Positions 8,359-18,210 of a DNA stretch of 64,000 nt are shown piece after piece; position 1 is the first letter of the stretch, and each line of letters starts with the position of its first letter. The position numbers and the translations under genes were made by a program. Under the pieces are notes generated by a model, which did not search any database, was not told where the DNA came from, and was given only the letters and a program-made list of their open reading frames with translations. The stretch comes from a virus (lineage: Duplodnaviria > Caudoviricetes): IMG/VR virus record IMGVR_UViG_3300045282_000227, positions 2,013 through 66,012 of that record; one strand, written 5' to 3'.

Positions 8359-8816
8359 CCAGCGTGCGTGGATTTTCCAGACGAAGAAAGGCGCGAAACA
8401 GGTCTTCTTCACTCTCTCCGAAGCACAAGATTTCTTGAAAGATTCGACGACATCGGGTGAGTTCGTCGGCGTCATGGAACAAAGGTACGTCGAGAAGCGA
8501 TTCAAGAGTCTTCCGATTTCGATGTGGTGGCTTGGCGATGAACTGAAGGCCGCACAACCCGAAGCACTGAACAAAGCAAGAAGGATCTGTGGCTGATATG
8601 AACAAGTTGAAAGATATGGTCGCCGATGGCAAGAAGGTCATCTTCCAGTACTACAGGAAGGGTGAACTCTGGTATGCCACCGAGTGCGGCTTCAATTTCC
8701 CTGTTCCCATCGAAGACACAGGTGAGGCGTTCTTCAAGAACGAAGACCGAGCCTTGTACTTCATGCGCTGGATCATGCGACATATCAAGTTCCTCGAAAA
8801 GGCCAAGGAAGCATAA
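8345..8816 (+). CDS. Two small hypothetical proteins (8345-8596, 8589-8816)
   Basis: RBSs and overlapping start/stop. Confidence 0.65.
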
Positions 8817-9797
8817 ATGGGCGGTAACCTATTCAAAGAGGCAGAACGCATCCCAGCGGATCTCTACGAGGTCATCGTCGCTGGTGTCCACTGGAATCCG
8901 TGGGCATACATTCCGGCTTCTGTTGACGAGAAGGAATCGTTCGGCGACGTTGACATCCTCGTCGATGCGTCGGGTCCTGATCAGTTCGCTGAAGTGGTGA
9001 ACGCGTTCCTCGCCAAAGAGAAGGTTCTTGCTCCCATCGAAAAGGACAACCAGTCCTGGCATGCGCTGGTCGACTGTGCAGGCGTCAAATGTCAGTTCGA
9101 CTTCATCAAACACTTCGATAGCGATACACTCAATTTCGCGATCGGCTACTTCTCATACAACGACCTTGGCAACCTGATCGGTCGCATTGCTCACCGTCAA
9201 GGCTTCAAGTTCGGTCACGATGGTCTCTGGTGGACCTACCGAGACGGCGACCTGTTGGTCCAAGACATCAAGCTCACCAATGATTATGACGAGGCCACCA
9301 ATTTCCTAGGCTTCGGTCGTGTTCCGATCGAGGGATTCGCGACATTCGACGAGATGTTCGAATGGGTTCGTAGTTGCTCTCGCTTTGAATACAGCGCATT
9401 CCCGCTCGAGCACCGAAATCATCGTTCAAGAGTTCGTGATGCCAAGCGAAAGACATACAATATGTTTCTCGATTGGCTGTCGACTCGCTACAACCTACTC
9501 GACTACCATGAATCCGACAAGGACTATCAAGGTCGTCGTCTAAAGGAAGCATTCGTTCGTTGGCCCAAGGCACGAGACGAATTCCAGACAGCTTTCAACA
9601 AGCACACCGAGGATCAACACTTCAAGACGAAGTTCAACGGCGACATCGTCCGCGAGATCACTGGCCAAGAAGGCAAGGCTCTCGGTCTGGTCTGCCAGAG
9701 AATGAAGCAGACTCTTTCGAGAGATTGGATCCTGAAGGCCCCACAGGCAGACATCAACCAAGCGATTGCGGCTCTGTTCGTCGCATTCAAAATCTGA
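8817..9797 (+). CDS. Putative Pol-beta-superfamily nucleotidyltransferase
   Basis: SFGDVDILV (DxD) plus QFDFI third acidic residue; C-terminal NGDIVREITG..GKALG resembles CCA-enzyme tail. Confidence 0.65.
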   Translation: MGGNLFKEAERIPADLYEVIVAGVHWNPWAYIPASVDEKESFGDVDILVDASGPDQFAEVVNAFLAKEKVLAPIEKDNQSWHALVDCAGVKCQFDFIKHFDSDTLNFAIGYFSYNDLGNLIGRIAHRQGFKFGHDGLWWTYRDGDLLVQDIKLTNDYDEATNFLGFGRVPIEGFATFDEMFEWVRSCSRFEYSAFPLEHRNHRSRVRDAKRKTYNMFLDWLSTRYNLLDYHESDKDYQGRRLKEAFVRWPKARDEFQTAFNKHTEDQHFKTKFNGDIVREITGQEGKALGLVCQRMKQTLSRDWILKAPQADINQAIAALFVAFKI

Positions 9798-9806
9798 GGA
9801 TTCATT

Positions 9807-10274
9807 ATGTCATCCGGAACCATTGGACTCAAGCTCAACTATCTACGCAAGATTACTGACATTGCACTCGCTCGTCGTGCGCTTTTCGTTTCCCTAGAGA
9901 AGGCAAGACTGAAAGTTCTGGCAGCCGATAGGATGGTAGAAGCTGCCAAGAAGAATGACAAGATGTCGTGGTGGACGAAGCTTTTCTTCGATCCCGATTG
10001 GATTCCAACATTCGAAGAAGTCGACAAAGAACTCGAGAATTTCGTTGAGTTGGACAAGAAACTGTGTTGGGGTTCTCGCTGGGGAATGTACTTCGAGACG
10101 AAAGATCTACGAGGACTGAAGCGTGGTCATCAATACATCGGTGACATCGCTCGCCTGAGAGATACTCTGACCCATGTGCGAGAAGACACATCATGGGAAA
10201 GCGACAAGTCTGAATTCGTCGACGTCGATCTCGAACTGCTCAACCAGATCTACTACTGGAGATTCCATACATGA
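9807..10274 (+). CDS. Hypothetical protein
   Basis: GAGGA RBS; operon-filling ORF. Confidence 0.65.
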   Translation: MSSGTIGLKLNYLRKITDIALARRALFVSLEKARLKVLAADRMVEAAKKNDKMSWWTKLFFDPDWIPTFEEVDKELENFVELDKKLCWGSRWGMYFETKDLRGLKRGHQYIGDIARLRDTLTHVREDTSWESDKSEFVDVDLELLNQIYYWRFHT

Positions 10275-10822
10275 AAGATTTCACGCCGACCAAAGAAACG
10301 ATCAGCCTCCACGGACTTGGGTTCATCCAGCTCGTCCTTGGCGGCAACCAGCGGATGCATGTCTGGCACCCTGATCTACCTCGGCGTGATTGCTATCTCG
10401 ACTCGGCCGTCCATAATCACCGATTCAGTTTCAATTCCAGAGTTCTGAAGGGCACACAAGTCAATCAGCGCTGTGATCTCGAGATCGTGAAGCCTGGTAC
10501 AGGGACACATGTTCTCATCAGCCACAACGGTCCACGGTCGGACAAGGGTGGACGTCTTAGCTATCCGGTTGCCGATGTCAATGTCACGATGCGAGAGATC
10601 GAGTACTATGAACCTGGTGAAGAGTACTACATGCCGGCGATGGAATACCACCACACACCCTGCAACGGCATCGTCGTAACGCTCATGCAGAAAGTCGAAG
10701 AGACCAAGCTTCACGCGAACAGCGTTTGCAAGCAAGGCACAGTATTCCACTATGACTTCGATCGCTTCCAGCTGTCACCGGAAAAGCTGTTCGGGTACGT
10801 GGTCGAAGCACTTCAATCGTAG
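10271..10822 (+). CDS. Cupin-fold (cysteine dioxygenase-like) hypothetical protein
   Basis: VHNHRFSFNSRVLKG and YYMPAMEYHHT metal-binding His pattern. Confidence 0.55.
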   Translation: MKDFTPTKETISLHGLGFIQLVLGGNQRMHVWHPDLPRRDCYLDSAVHNHRFSFNSRVLKGTQVNQRCDLEIVKPGTGTHVLISHNGPRSDKGGRLSYPVADVNVTMREIEYYEPGEEYYMPAMEYHHTPCNGIVVTLMQKVEETKLHANSVCKQGTVFHYDFDRFQLSPEKLFGYVVEALQS

Positions 10823-10831
10823 GAGAAAGAG

Positions 10832-11011
10832 ATGGGACTTTTCAAGAGCTTGACCAAGGCAGTCGTGGGTGTGGTTGTCGCAACGCCAGTGGCATTGGTG
10901 GCAGACGCAATCACGATGGGTGGCGCCATGAATGATCGTCGTGAACCATACACGGCCACGGCACTCAAGAATGTGGTGAAGAATGTCGAAAAGGCCACCA
11001 AATCCGACTGA
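10832..11011 (+). CDS. Small conserved phage protein (59 aa, not in ORF track)
   Basis: AGGAG RBS; MGLFKSLTKAVVGVVVATPVALVADAITMGG... Confidence 0.75.
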   Translation: MGLFKSLTKAVVGVVVATPVALVADAITMGGAMNDRREPYTATALKNVVKNVEKATKSD

Positions 11012-11017
11012 AATCGC

Positions 11018-11046
11018 TTGACTCCATTCATGAAACATTATATCAT
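11018..11046 (+). promoter_or_regulatory. sigma70-type early promoter
   Basis: TTGACT-17-TATCAT; ATG 7 nt downstream. Confidence 0.75.
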
Positions 11047-11052
11047 CTGTGA

Positions 11053-11388
11053 ATGGAAAAGCATACCGCAATCATAGCAAAGAGCCGACTTCGAAGCATC
11101 ATCTTCCGAGATCGCCTTGTATCCAGACTGAGTGAGACACTACAAGGGCAGGCCGCTCTTCTAGTGTCTCACGCTTACAATGCGCCCAATCTGATAGCCG
11201 AACAGCTACTCAGTGTCCAGCCAATGACAGCAGAGACGACCCAGATATTCAAAATCAGATACGTCGAACGCCGTTGGTGGAAGCGCGTCTGGAATTGGTT
11301 GCGGAAACTGAAGAGGAAATCTTTTCCGAGGAATGAACTCGACGTCGCTTTTGACCATGTCGAAAACATCATAAGGAACTCGAAGTGA
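11053..11388 (+). CDS. Small protein containing a gp23 (major capsid) Gol-like segment
   Basis: PNLIAEQLLSVQPMTAETTQIFKIRY. Confidence 0.65.
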   Translation: MEKHTAIIAKSRLRSIIFRDRLVSRLSETLQGQAALLVSHAYNAPNLIAEQLLSVQPMTAETTQIFKIRYVERRWWKRVWNWLRKLKRKSFPRNELDVAFDHVENIIRNSK

Positions 11389-11939
11389 CAAGCCCACGAA
11401 TTTGGTTCACATCTGACCAGCACTTTGGTCATGCGAACATCATGAAGTACTACCCGGGTCGCGAAAGCCTCGGCACGGTCGAAGCCGTCGATCAGACAAT
11501 GATCACACAGTGGAACCGAGTGGTTGGCTATTCCGACCTCGTGTATGTCATCGGTGATATTGCGATGGGTGGCAATGTTGAGAAGACGATGGGAATCTAC
11601 CAGCGTCTCAATGGCACGAAGATCTTGGTGACAGGCAATCACGACAACAAGATGCTACGCAACCCGAAGTTCTTTGAACTCTTCAAGGAAGTGCATCTCA
11701 CCTATCACGAGCGTGTGATCAATGGTCAGCTGATCGTGATGTGTCATTTCCCGATCTGGGAGTGGCACCAGATACACCGAAACTCTTGGCACCTGCATGG
11801 TCACCTGCACGGCAAGCCGCACGGCATTCCGGGCAAGATACTGGATGTCAGCGCCGACGGTCACGATCTCACTCCATGGAGCTTCGAAGATGTCAAGCGA
11901 TACATGGATAAGCGCGAATTGCGCACACATCACACTTGA
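11385..11939 (+). CDS. Metallophosphoesterase
   Basis: FTSDQHFGH, IGDI, GNHD, CHFP, HGHLH. Confidence 0.92.
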   Translation: MTSPRIWFTSDQHFGHANIMKYYPGRESLGTVEAVDQTMITQWNRVVGYSDLVYVIGDIAMGGNVEKTMGIYQRLNGTKILVTGNHDNKMLRNPKFFELFKEVHLTYHERVINGQLIVMCHFPIWEWHQIHRNSWHLHGHLHGKPHGIPGKILDVSADGHDLTPWSFEDVKRYMDKRELRTHHT

Positions 11940-11964
11940 CATTGGATGAGATTCATTATATCAT
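11936..11964 (+). promoter_or_regulatory. sigma70-type early promoter
   Basis: TTGACA-17-TATCAT. Confidence 0.8.
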
Positions 11965-11989
11965 TCATGTACGATAAGAGGAGTTCTTA

Positions 11990-12875
11990 GTGGCCAAGAT
12001 TACCATCAGGACCGATGCCTTTTTCATAGAGCGCATCGCGAAATGTCTCAGGAAGATCGTTGCCATCCGAGAAGCCAAGTGGGATGATGCAAAGGTCAGG
12101 TATGTTCGTGAGTACAACCAGCGGCGCCTGGTTCGGTGGGGTTTCAAGCCCACCATTGACATGTTCGACGCCGCGCTGCTTCTTGGGCGCAACGGTCGCT
12201 ATCACTCGATGCCCGAAGGCCCTGGCTGGTACAACCCAAGCACTCGTGAGCGTTGCAACGTTCACAAAGAACACTATGAAACACTTCTTCGGATTGGACA
12301 GGCGGCCGCGTTGTCTCCCTATCCTGTCAAGATGGTTCTTGACGCAGAAGAAGCTGCCGTGATTGACTACTGGGAAAAGCAATGAAGACGCATGTTCTGG
12401 CACCCATCGAACCGACCAAAGAGATGCTCCAGGCGGCCTACGACACACAAAATCAATTCTTGAAAAACCTCGTCATTTACTATGAGGGCAATCGAGAACC
12501 ACAACCTGATCTTTGCACCATGATCTACAAGGCAATGCTTTCGAAAGTCAAGGAACCGAAATGAATCTCGAAACGAAACACTTGGTTCTGATGAATGCCG
12601 TCGTGGCTCGCACGACTCTGAGCACCATGCACGATGCTCGTGAATTCTCCAAGACCGACTCGACCCTGAAAGCCCTCCGTGAAGCAGGGCACGCCATCGA
12701 CATCTACGACGTCGGCCGTCATCGCTTTGCCAAGTTCTACTTCGGCGACCAGGCGATCGAAGTCCATGTTGGTCCGAAGCCCGATCGTCCGAAGATCGGT
12801 GCGCCGGATGCAGGTCCAGAATCTCCGGATCCGGGCACCCCGGGTACGACCATCCCAACGGCCCTCGCGGCCTAA
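11990..12875 (+). CDS. Three coupled hypothetical proteins (11990-12385, 12382-12564, 12561-12875)
   Basis: RBS and ATGA overlaps. Confidence 0.65.
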
Positions 12876-12889
12876 CTCGAGAGATCAAA

Positions 12890-13264
12890 ATGAAACGTGA
12901 AACTCTTCGCAAGAAAGAACGCTTGAACAAACTGGCCGACCATCTCGAAAATTCTGTTCTCGACAAGGAATACAATCACGGCTCGTATTGTGGCAAGAAC
13001 TTGTGCCGGACGACTCATTGCGCTCTAGGTCATGCGGCGGCAACCAAAGGGAAATTCCCGGGCCTGCAACTCGATTTCGATCAATTCGGCGTCCTGATCA
13101 ATCTGACCGGAAGCTGGTGCGACGAGGACATCGAAGCTGATCGATACTTCGGCGACAAAGCATACAGGACCATTTTCGGCGGTGGTGCGTTCAAGTCGTA
13201 TAAACCGAAGCGCAAGACGGTTATCAAGCGCATCCGCCAGTTCAGCAATTCACTCCAGGACTAA
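12890..13264 (+). CDS. Hypothetical protein, paralog A
   Basis: YNHGSY...HCALG...FPGLQL...DRYFG...KTVIKRIRQF. Confidence 0.75.
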   Translation: MKRETLRKKERLNKLADHLENSVLDKEYNHGSYCGKNLCRTTHCALGHAAATKGKFPGLQLDFDQFGVLINLTGSWCDEDIEADRYFGDKAYRTIFGGGAFKSYKPKRKTVIKRIRQFSNSLQD

Positions 13265-13409
13265 GACATGCTCAACTCAATCTTCATCTTCGTCCTGCGA
13301 TTGACTCGCAAGGAAGTGTCAGACGGAAACTTCTGCATGGTACTGGCAGAGCTCGTGGCGACCGTGGTAATCGTCGCTATCATCCGCAACACGCACTGAG
13401 GAGAACGAA

Positions 13410-13805
13410 ATGTTCACTCGCGAAAACGAACGTCAGTACTTGCGCCTCGATAAACTCGTGGAAGCCCTGCGCGGCCTTGGTCCTGATCATTACTACCACG
13501 GAGCCTATGTGTATAAAGGCTTTGGTGCAAAGGCCGGACACATGCAGTATTGTGCACTTGGCTTGGCTGTCACTCTCAAAGACATCTTCCCGGGTTTGCA
13601 CCTACAGTTCAGTGGATACAATATCGTTCTTGCTCCTGGATACGAACACCTATCAGTGCGTTTTGTCACTGACAAGTACTTTGGCCGCAGAGCGAACCAA
13701 TACATCTTCAGAAATGGTTGTTTGTCGTCATACAAAGGCACCCCGAACCTGAAGACAGTCATTCGCCACATCAGAACCTTTCAGAAGAAAATGCTACGCG
13801 CATGA
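13410..13805 (+). CDS. Hypothetical protein, paralog B
   Basis: YYHGAY...YCALG...FPGLHL...DKYFG...KTVIRHIRTF. Confidence 0.75.
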   Translation: MFTRENERQYLRLDKLVEALRGLGPDHYYHGAYVYKGFGAKAGHMQYCALGLAVTLKDIFPGLHLQFSGYNIVLAPGYEHLSVRFVTDKYFGRRANQYIFRNGCLSSYKGTPNLKTVIRHIRTFQKKMLRA

Positions 13806-14007
13806 AAGTTCAGCTCGCCCATCTATTCAGAACACGTGGGCACCTGTCCCACCTGGCTGAGTTCGACCAAGGATGGATCGAGGGCGATCTGATAGCTGGT
13901 GACGAACGCTGCAACATCATCAACTCCGAGGGTAACTTCCTAGTCAAGGGCGCTACTCCTGAGTTCATCAAGACCTTAAAAGATAAGGGTCTTCTGAGGA
14001 AAACCAG

Positions 14008-14036
14008 TTGACATCTGATATACATTATCGTACAAT
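14008..14036 (+). promoter_or_regulatory. sigma70-type early promoter
   Basis: TTGACA-17-TACAAT. Confidence 0.8.
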
Positions 14037-14063
14037 CAGAACACATTGAAGTAGGACTGTAAG

Positions 14064-14969
14064 ATGACAAAGGAAGCGATTCTGACAATTGGTGTTTCGG
14101 CTTCGGGTAAGTCTACCTGGGCGTTCAATGAACAATCTCGACAACGCGCTCTCGGTCAGGAATGTGTGACAATCGAACGCGATCGATTTCGCCGCGCCAT
14201 CTATGTCAACAAGAACATGGGTGAACAGTTCAAGTGGAATTTTTGGAACTGGAAGTGGGAGAACGAAGTCAACGAATTGCAAGATGCTGCCCTGAAAGAG
14301 GTCATCCGGGCCGGCGCCAATGTTATCATCTCCGACACGAACCTGAATCCCAAGACTCGCGAGGCTCTGACCAAGCGTCTCGAAGATGCTGGTTTTGTCG
14401 TCAAGCACCAAGTGTTCGATATCTCTTTCGAAGACGCCGTCAAGCGCGACATCAACCGAGACTATCCGGTTGGTGCTTTCGTGATTGCCAAGCAGATGCA
14501 GCAGTTCCAGGAACAGTTCGGCGAGAAGCTCGTCGTGATGGATCCGACACTCCCGAAGGCGGCGATCGTCGACATCGACGGCACCGTGGCCCTGATGAAT
14601 GGCCGCAAGCCATACGACTGGATGCGAGTGATCGAAGACCTGCCGCATGAGCCGGTTGTCGACATGGTCCACGGTCTGGCTGCAGGTGGCCACAAGATCC
14701 TGTTCACTTCGGGTCGCGATAGCGTCTGCCGCTTGGCCACCGAGACCTGGCTGAACACGGTGTTCGGCAGCATCGACTTCCACTTGTTCATGCGTCCAGC
14801 AGACGACATGCGCAAGGATTCGATCATCAAGCGTGAGCTGTTCGAAGAGCACATCGAACCGTTCTACAATGTCAAGGTTGTCCTAGACGATCGTCCACAG
14901 GTCACCGATTTGTGGCGCTCGATGGGACTGAACGTCGTACAAATCGGCAACCCATACGTGAGGTTCTAA
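14064..14969 (+). CDS. pseT: Polynucleotide 5'-kinase / 3'-phosphatase
   Basis: P-loop GVSASGKST, SDTNLN; HAD DIDGT, SGR, MRPADDMRKD, DDR. Confidence 0.93.
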   Translation: MTKEAILTIGVSASGKSTWAFNEQSRQRALGQECVTIERDRFRRAIYVNKNMGEQFKWNFWNWKWENEVNELQDAALKEVIRAGANVIISDTNLNPKTREALTKRLEDAGFVVKHQVFDISFEDAVKRDINRDYPVGAFVIAKQMQQFQEQFGEKLVVMDPTLPKAAIVDIDGTVALMNGRKPYDWMRVIEDLPHEPVVDMVHGLAAGGHKILFTSGRDSVCRLATETWLNTVFGSIDFHLFMRPADDMRKDSIIKRELFEEHIEPFYNVKVVLDDRPQVTDLWRSMGLNVVQIGNPYVRF

Positions 14970-15298
14970 TGAACACCGAAAAACTCAAACTCGTTGGTAC
15001 CGTTGACCCATGCGCTGACGGCTTCGTCATCGGCGGCCTGAAGCCGGGCACCAAGATTTACATCGAAGAACCTGTTCCGAAGCCTGTCAAATTGGAAATC
15101 AATGTCGACGAAGCCCAGACTCTTCTGACGCTCTTGCAGTTTGTCGGTGGCGACCCTACGGCAACTCGTCGAGGTCACGTACTAGACATCGAAAACAAGT
15201 TGTATGCTCTGGGAATCACGAAGCTGGATACACACAAGTTCTTGGATCAAGCTCGGACATACGCAGGCGCCTTGTACATCGGTGCACCGAAGCCGTAA
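14969..15298 (+). CDS. Hypothetical protein
   Basis: TAATG coupling. Confidence 0.6.
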   Translation: MNTEKLKLVGTVDPCADGFVIGGLKPGTKIYIEEPVPKPVKLEINVDEAQTLLTLLQFVGGDPTATRRGHVLDIENKLYALGITKLDTHKFLDQARTYAGALYIGAPKP

Positions 15299-15483
15299 TG
15301 CCGATCTACGAATTTCAATGTAAGGTCTGTGGGAAGCGTTATGAGGTCTTACAGCGCTATGACGATCCGCTGCCGAAGTGTTCATGTGGTCTCACAGACG
15401 AAAGAATGGATCGCTTGATCTCTGCCGGGAACTTTGAACTCAAAGGCACCGGTTGGTACAAGACAGATTTCAAAGGAGGCTAG
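15298..15483 (+). CDS. FmdB-family zinc-ribbon protein
   Basis: MPIYEFQCKVCG...C.CG...FELKGTGWYKTDF. Confidence 0.9.
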   Translation: MPIYEFQCKVCGKRYEVLQRYDDPLPKCSCGLTDERMDRLISAGNFELKGTGWYKTDFKGG

Positions 15484-15689
15484 ACATGCGTTGGGTGAAT
15501 CCAGAAGCGAAAGAAGGTGATTGTCGCGATCGTTCGGGCTTCCTTTGGACTCGGAAGACGAACATCATCACCAAAGAAACTCGTTGGCTCGAATTCGCTA
15601 GCTGGCGAGAGGTCTACACGTCGTCCAAGAATGGATACTATTGGGCTGTCGTCTGGTGGCACGACCAGGAAGGAATTACAGGATTTCTG

Positions 15690-15718
15690 TTGACAACGTA
15701 GTCGGAATACTCTATACT
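15690..15718 (+). promoter_or_regulatory. sigma70-type early promoter
   Basis: TTGACA-17-TATACT. Confidence 0.75.
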
Positions 15719-16202
15719 ATATCTAAATGGAGACGACAATGGACAAGATCAGAATCGAACCGCTAACGCTTTCAACAGGCGAGCATTCCGAGACTGAACG
15801 AGTCGTAGTCGAGTCCATTTCGAGGCATGTAGATCGAGTCTGGACAGGTTCCAGGAGTATCGACTATCACGATGTCTATACCGAACAGTTCAGAGACGAC
15901 GAGGCCGAGGCATATTGCAAAGCCTGGGCTCCGATCTGGAAAGATCAGAAACCCTTCCCAATTGGTTCACGCTTCGACTAGGAGTTTCAAAATGGCCGAC
16001 AAGAATATGTTCCTCGTGACTGCAGGATGGCGCAAAGGGCAGATCGGTGAAAAGGTCTCGCACTACTCCGCCAAGAAATACACCTGGTATGTCATGCGCT
16101 TCCCGAACGAGGACATGCTCGCGCACATCCAAATCGAGCACGTAGTCCGTGCACCGAAACCGGCCGAAGTGGTCGAAGAACCCAAAGTCTGAGGAGACTG
16201 AC

Positions 16203-17192
16203 ATGGCACATGAATTATCCATCCGCGAAAACGGTTTCGCCGAAATGGCATTCACTGGCTCGCGAGACGCAATCTGGCACGGTCTTGGTCAGAGCATCAA
16301 ACCCGATGCCTCACTCGATGAGTGGAAGAAAGAAGCCGGCATGGACTGGGAAGTCCACGAAAGCCCGGGTAGCTATACTCGAGTGGTCGGTACCACAACC
16401 GAACAGCTTCAGATTCCCGATCGCAAGGTTCTCTTCCGCTCGGACAACGGCGCGATGCTCGGCATGGTCGGCACCGAGTTCAAGGTCGTCAACCCAGGCA
16501 CCGTGATCGACTTCTTCAAGGACCTGGTCGAGCAGTTCGGCTTCCGTCTCAGCACGGCAGGTTGCCTGTTCGGTGGCAAGAAGTTTTGGGCCCTGGCAGA
16601 CACCGGCAAGTCGGGTGAAGTCAGCACCGGTGACCGGATCGATGGTCACTTGCTCCTGACCACCGCAGTCGACGGCACGATGTCGACGCAAGGTCGATTC
16701 ACAAGCACCCGAGTGGTTTGCAATAACACACTCAGCATTGCACTTTCTGGAGTCAGCGCCCGTCCCATCGTCCGAGTCACTCACAAGCGTGACTTCGATG
16801 CATCGGCCGTGAAGATCGATCTCGGTGTCATCGACAAGGGCTGGGTCCAGTTCATGGACAACATGAAGAAGCTCTCGAACACGAAGATGGGCCCGACCCA
16901 GACTCGTGACTTCTTCGAAGAGCAACTGTTCGACCCGGACCGTTCCAAGAACGACCAAACCTGGTCCATCCAGCGTGAAGTGGATCGCTTGATCAACCTG
17001 GCGCTCAGTGGCTCGGGTAGTGACATGTCCAAAGGCACGGCCTATGGTGCTCTCAATGCGGTCACGGAGTACTTCACCCATGGTACTGGTCGCCGTGAAG
17101 CATCGCGACAGTTCTGGGATGCATACGCCGGCGCCGGCGATTCGAAGAAGCAGGTCCTGTACCGCGCTCTGATGCGTAAGGTAGCGGCATGA
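16203..17192 (+). CDS. DUF932/DUF945 phage-plasmid protein (TIGR03299-like)
   Basis: MAHEL..WHGLG..AGMDWEV..TAGCLFGGKKFWALA..RVVCNNTL..GTAYGALNAVTEY. Confidence 0.9.
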   Translation: MAHELSIRENGFAEMAFTGSRDAIWHGLGQSIKPDASLDEWKKEAGMDWEVHESPGSYTRVVGTTTEQLQIPDRKVLFRSDNGAMLGMVGTEFKVVNPGTVIDFFKDLVEQFGFRLSTAGCLFGGKKFWALADTGKSGEVSTGDRIDGHLLLTTAVDGTMSTQGRFTSTRVVCNNTLSIALSGVSARPIVRVTHKRDFDASAVKIDLGVIDKGWVQFMDNMKKLSNTKMGPTQTRDFFEEQLFDPDRSKNDQTWSIQREVDRLINLALSGSGSDMSKGTAYGALNAVTEYFTHGTGRREASRQFWDAYAGAGDSKKQVLYRALMRKVAA

Positions 17193-17491
17193 CCGACATC
17201 GTGCTCAAGATCATCGCCTTCGCGGTGGTCTTGGGTCTCGGGGCCTTGTGGTTCTATGTCAAAGGAAATCGAAGTGACGACTAAATTCCAACAGGCAAAT
17301 GCGTACGATCTCCTTTGCCTCATGTTCGTTTACCTGAAACTGTCACATCAGGTCGACTGGTCGTGGTGGTGGATCATGCTGCCGTGGTATGGCCAGATCG
17401 CGATCATGTTCTTCGCAGAAATCTTCGCACACGTGTACGCCGAAAGTCAAGGAAAGATTTCAATCGTCGATTTACTTCGCAAAGAAAAAGG

Positions 17492-17520
17492 TTGACTTCT
17501 GATTCGGGATACAGTATCAT
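17492..17520 (+). promoter_or_regulatory. sigma70-type early promoter
   Basis: TTGACT-17-TATCAT; ATG 7 nt downstream. Confidence 0.75.
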
Positions 17521-17526
17521 TTGAGA

Positions 17527-17760
17527 ATGGAAAAGAAACGTCTAACGCTAAAGAAAGTGAACAGCGAATTGAAATCGCTCGGTTTGTCCGTTGAACTTGT
17601 CCAAGGTCGCGGATATTTCTACTTCTCGGGTGAAGACGTTTTGACCTGTCGCATGGAAACTGGTGTCTATGGTGCGGGTCAGCAGTTGAACAACCTGACC
17701 CTTGACCAATGGATCGAAGAGGCTCGTGAGCGAGCCGAAGACGCAAAGGCCAATCAATGA
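17527..17760 (+). CDS. Hypothetical protein
   Basis: ELVQGRGYFYF..L..LTLDQW pattern; start at 17527. Confidence 0.65.
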   Translation: MEKKRLTLKKVNSELKSLGLSVELVQGRGYFYFSGEDVLTCRMETGVYGAGQQLNNLTLDQWIEEARERAEDAKANQ

Positions 17761-17793
17761 AATCGTTTTCTATCCGATGATCAAAACCAAGTA

Positions 17794-18210
17794 ATGGACA
17801 AGTTCGTGACCAAACTCGTATTCCACAAAGACGGCACACTTCCCATCGGAGACGAGATCTTTGTCTTCGGATCGAATTTTGCGGGCATTCACGGAGCCGG
17901 TGCGGCTCGAGTGGCGTACGATTCGTTCGGAGCCAAATGGGGCGAAGGTGAGGGCGTGACAGGTGATTGCTATGCGATCCCGACCAAGGACTACTCGCTC
18001 AAGACTCTCCCGCTTCGTGCCATAGAACTTGCGATCCTGGCGTTCTGTGACGAGGCCGCTCGGTGGAAGCACACCGATGTCTACTTCGTGACCCGAGTCG
18101 GCTGTGGTCTGGCTGGCTACAAGGACTCAGACATAGCACCGCTCTTCAAGAAGTGCATGCAGAGCACCAACTTCGACTTCCCTGAGAACTGGAAGGAATA
18201 CTTGTTATGA
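17794..18210 (+). CDS. Macro-domain-like phage protein
   Basis: IFVFGSN.AG.HGAGAA..YAIPTK..VTRVGCGLAGY. Confidence 0.75.
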   Translation: MDKFVTKLVFHKDGTLPIGDEIFVFGSNFAGIHGAGAARVAYDSFGAKWGEGEGVTGDCYAIPTKDYSLKTLPLRAIELAILAFCDEAARWKHTDVYFVTRVGCGLAGYKDSDIAPLFKKCMQSTNFDFPENWKEYLL

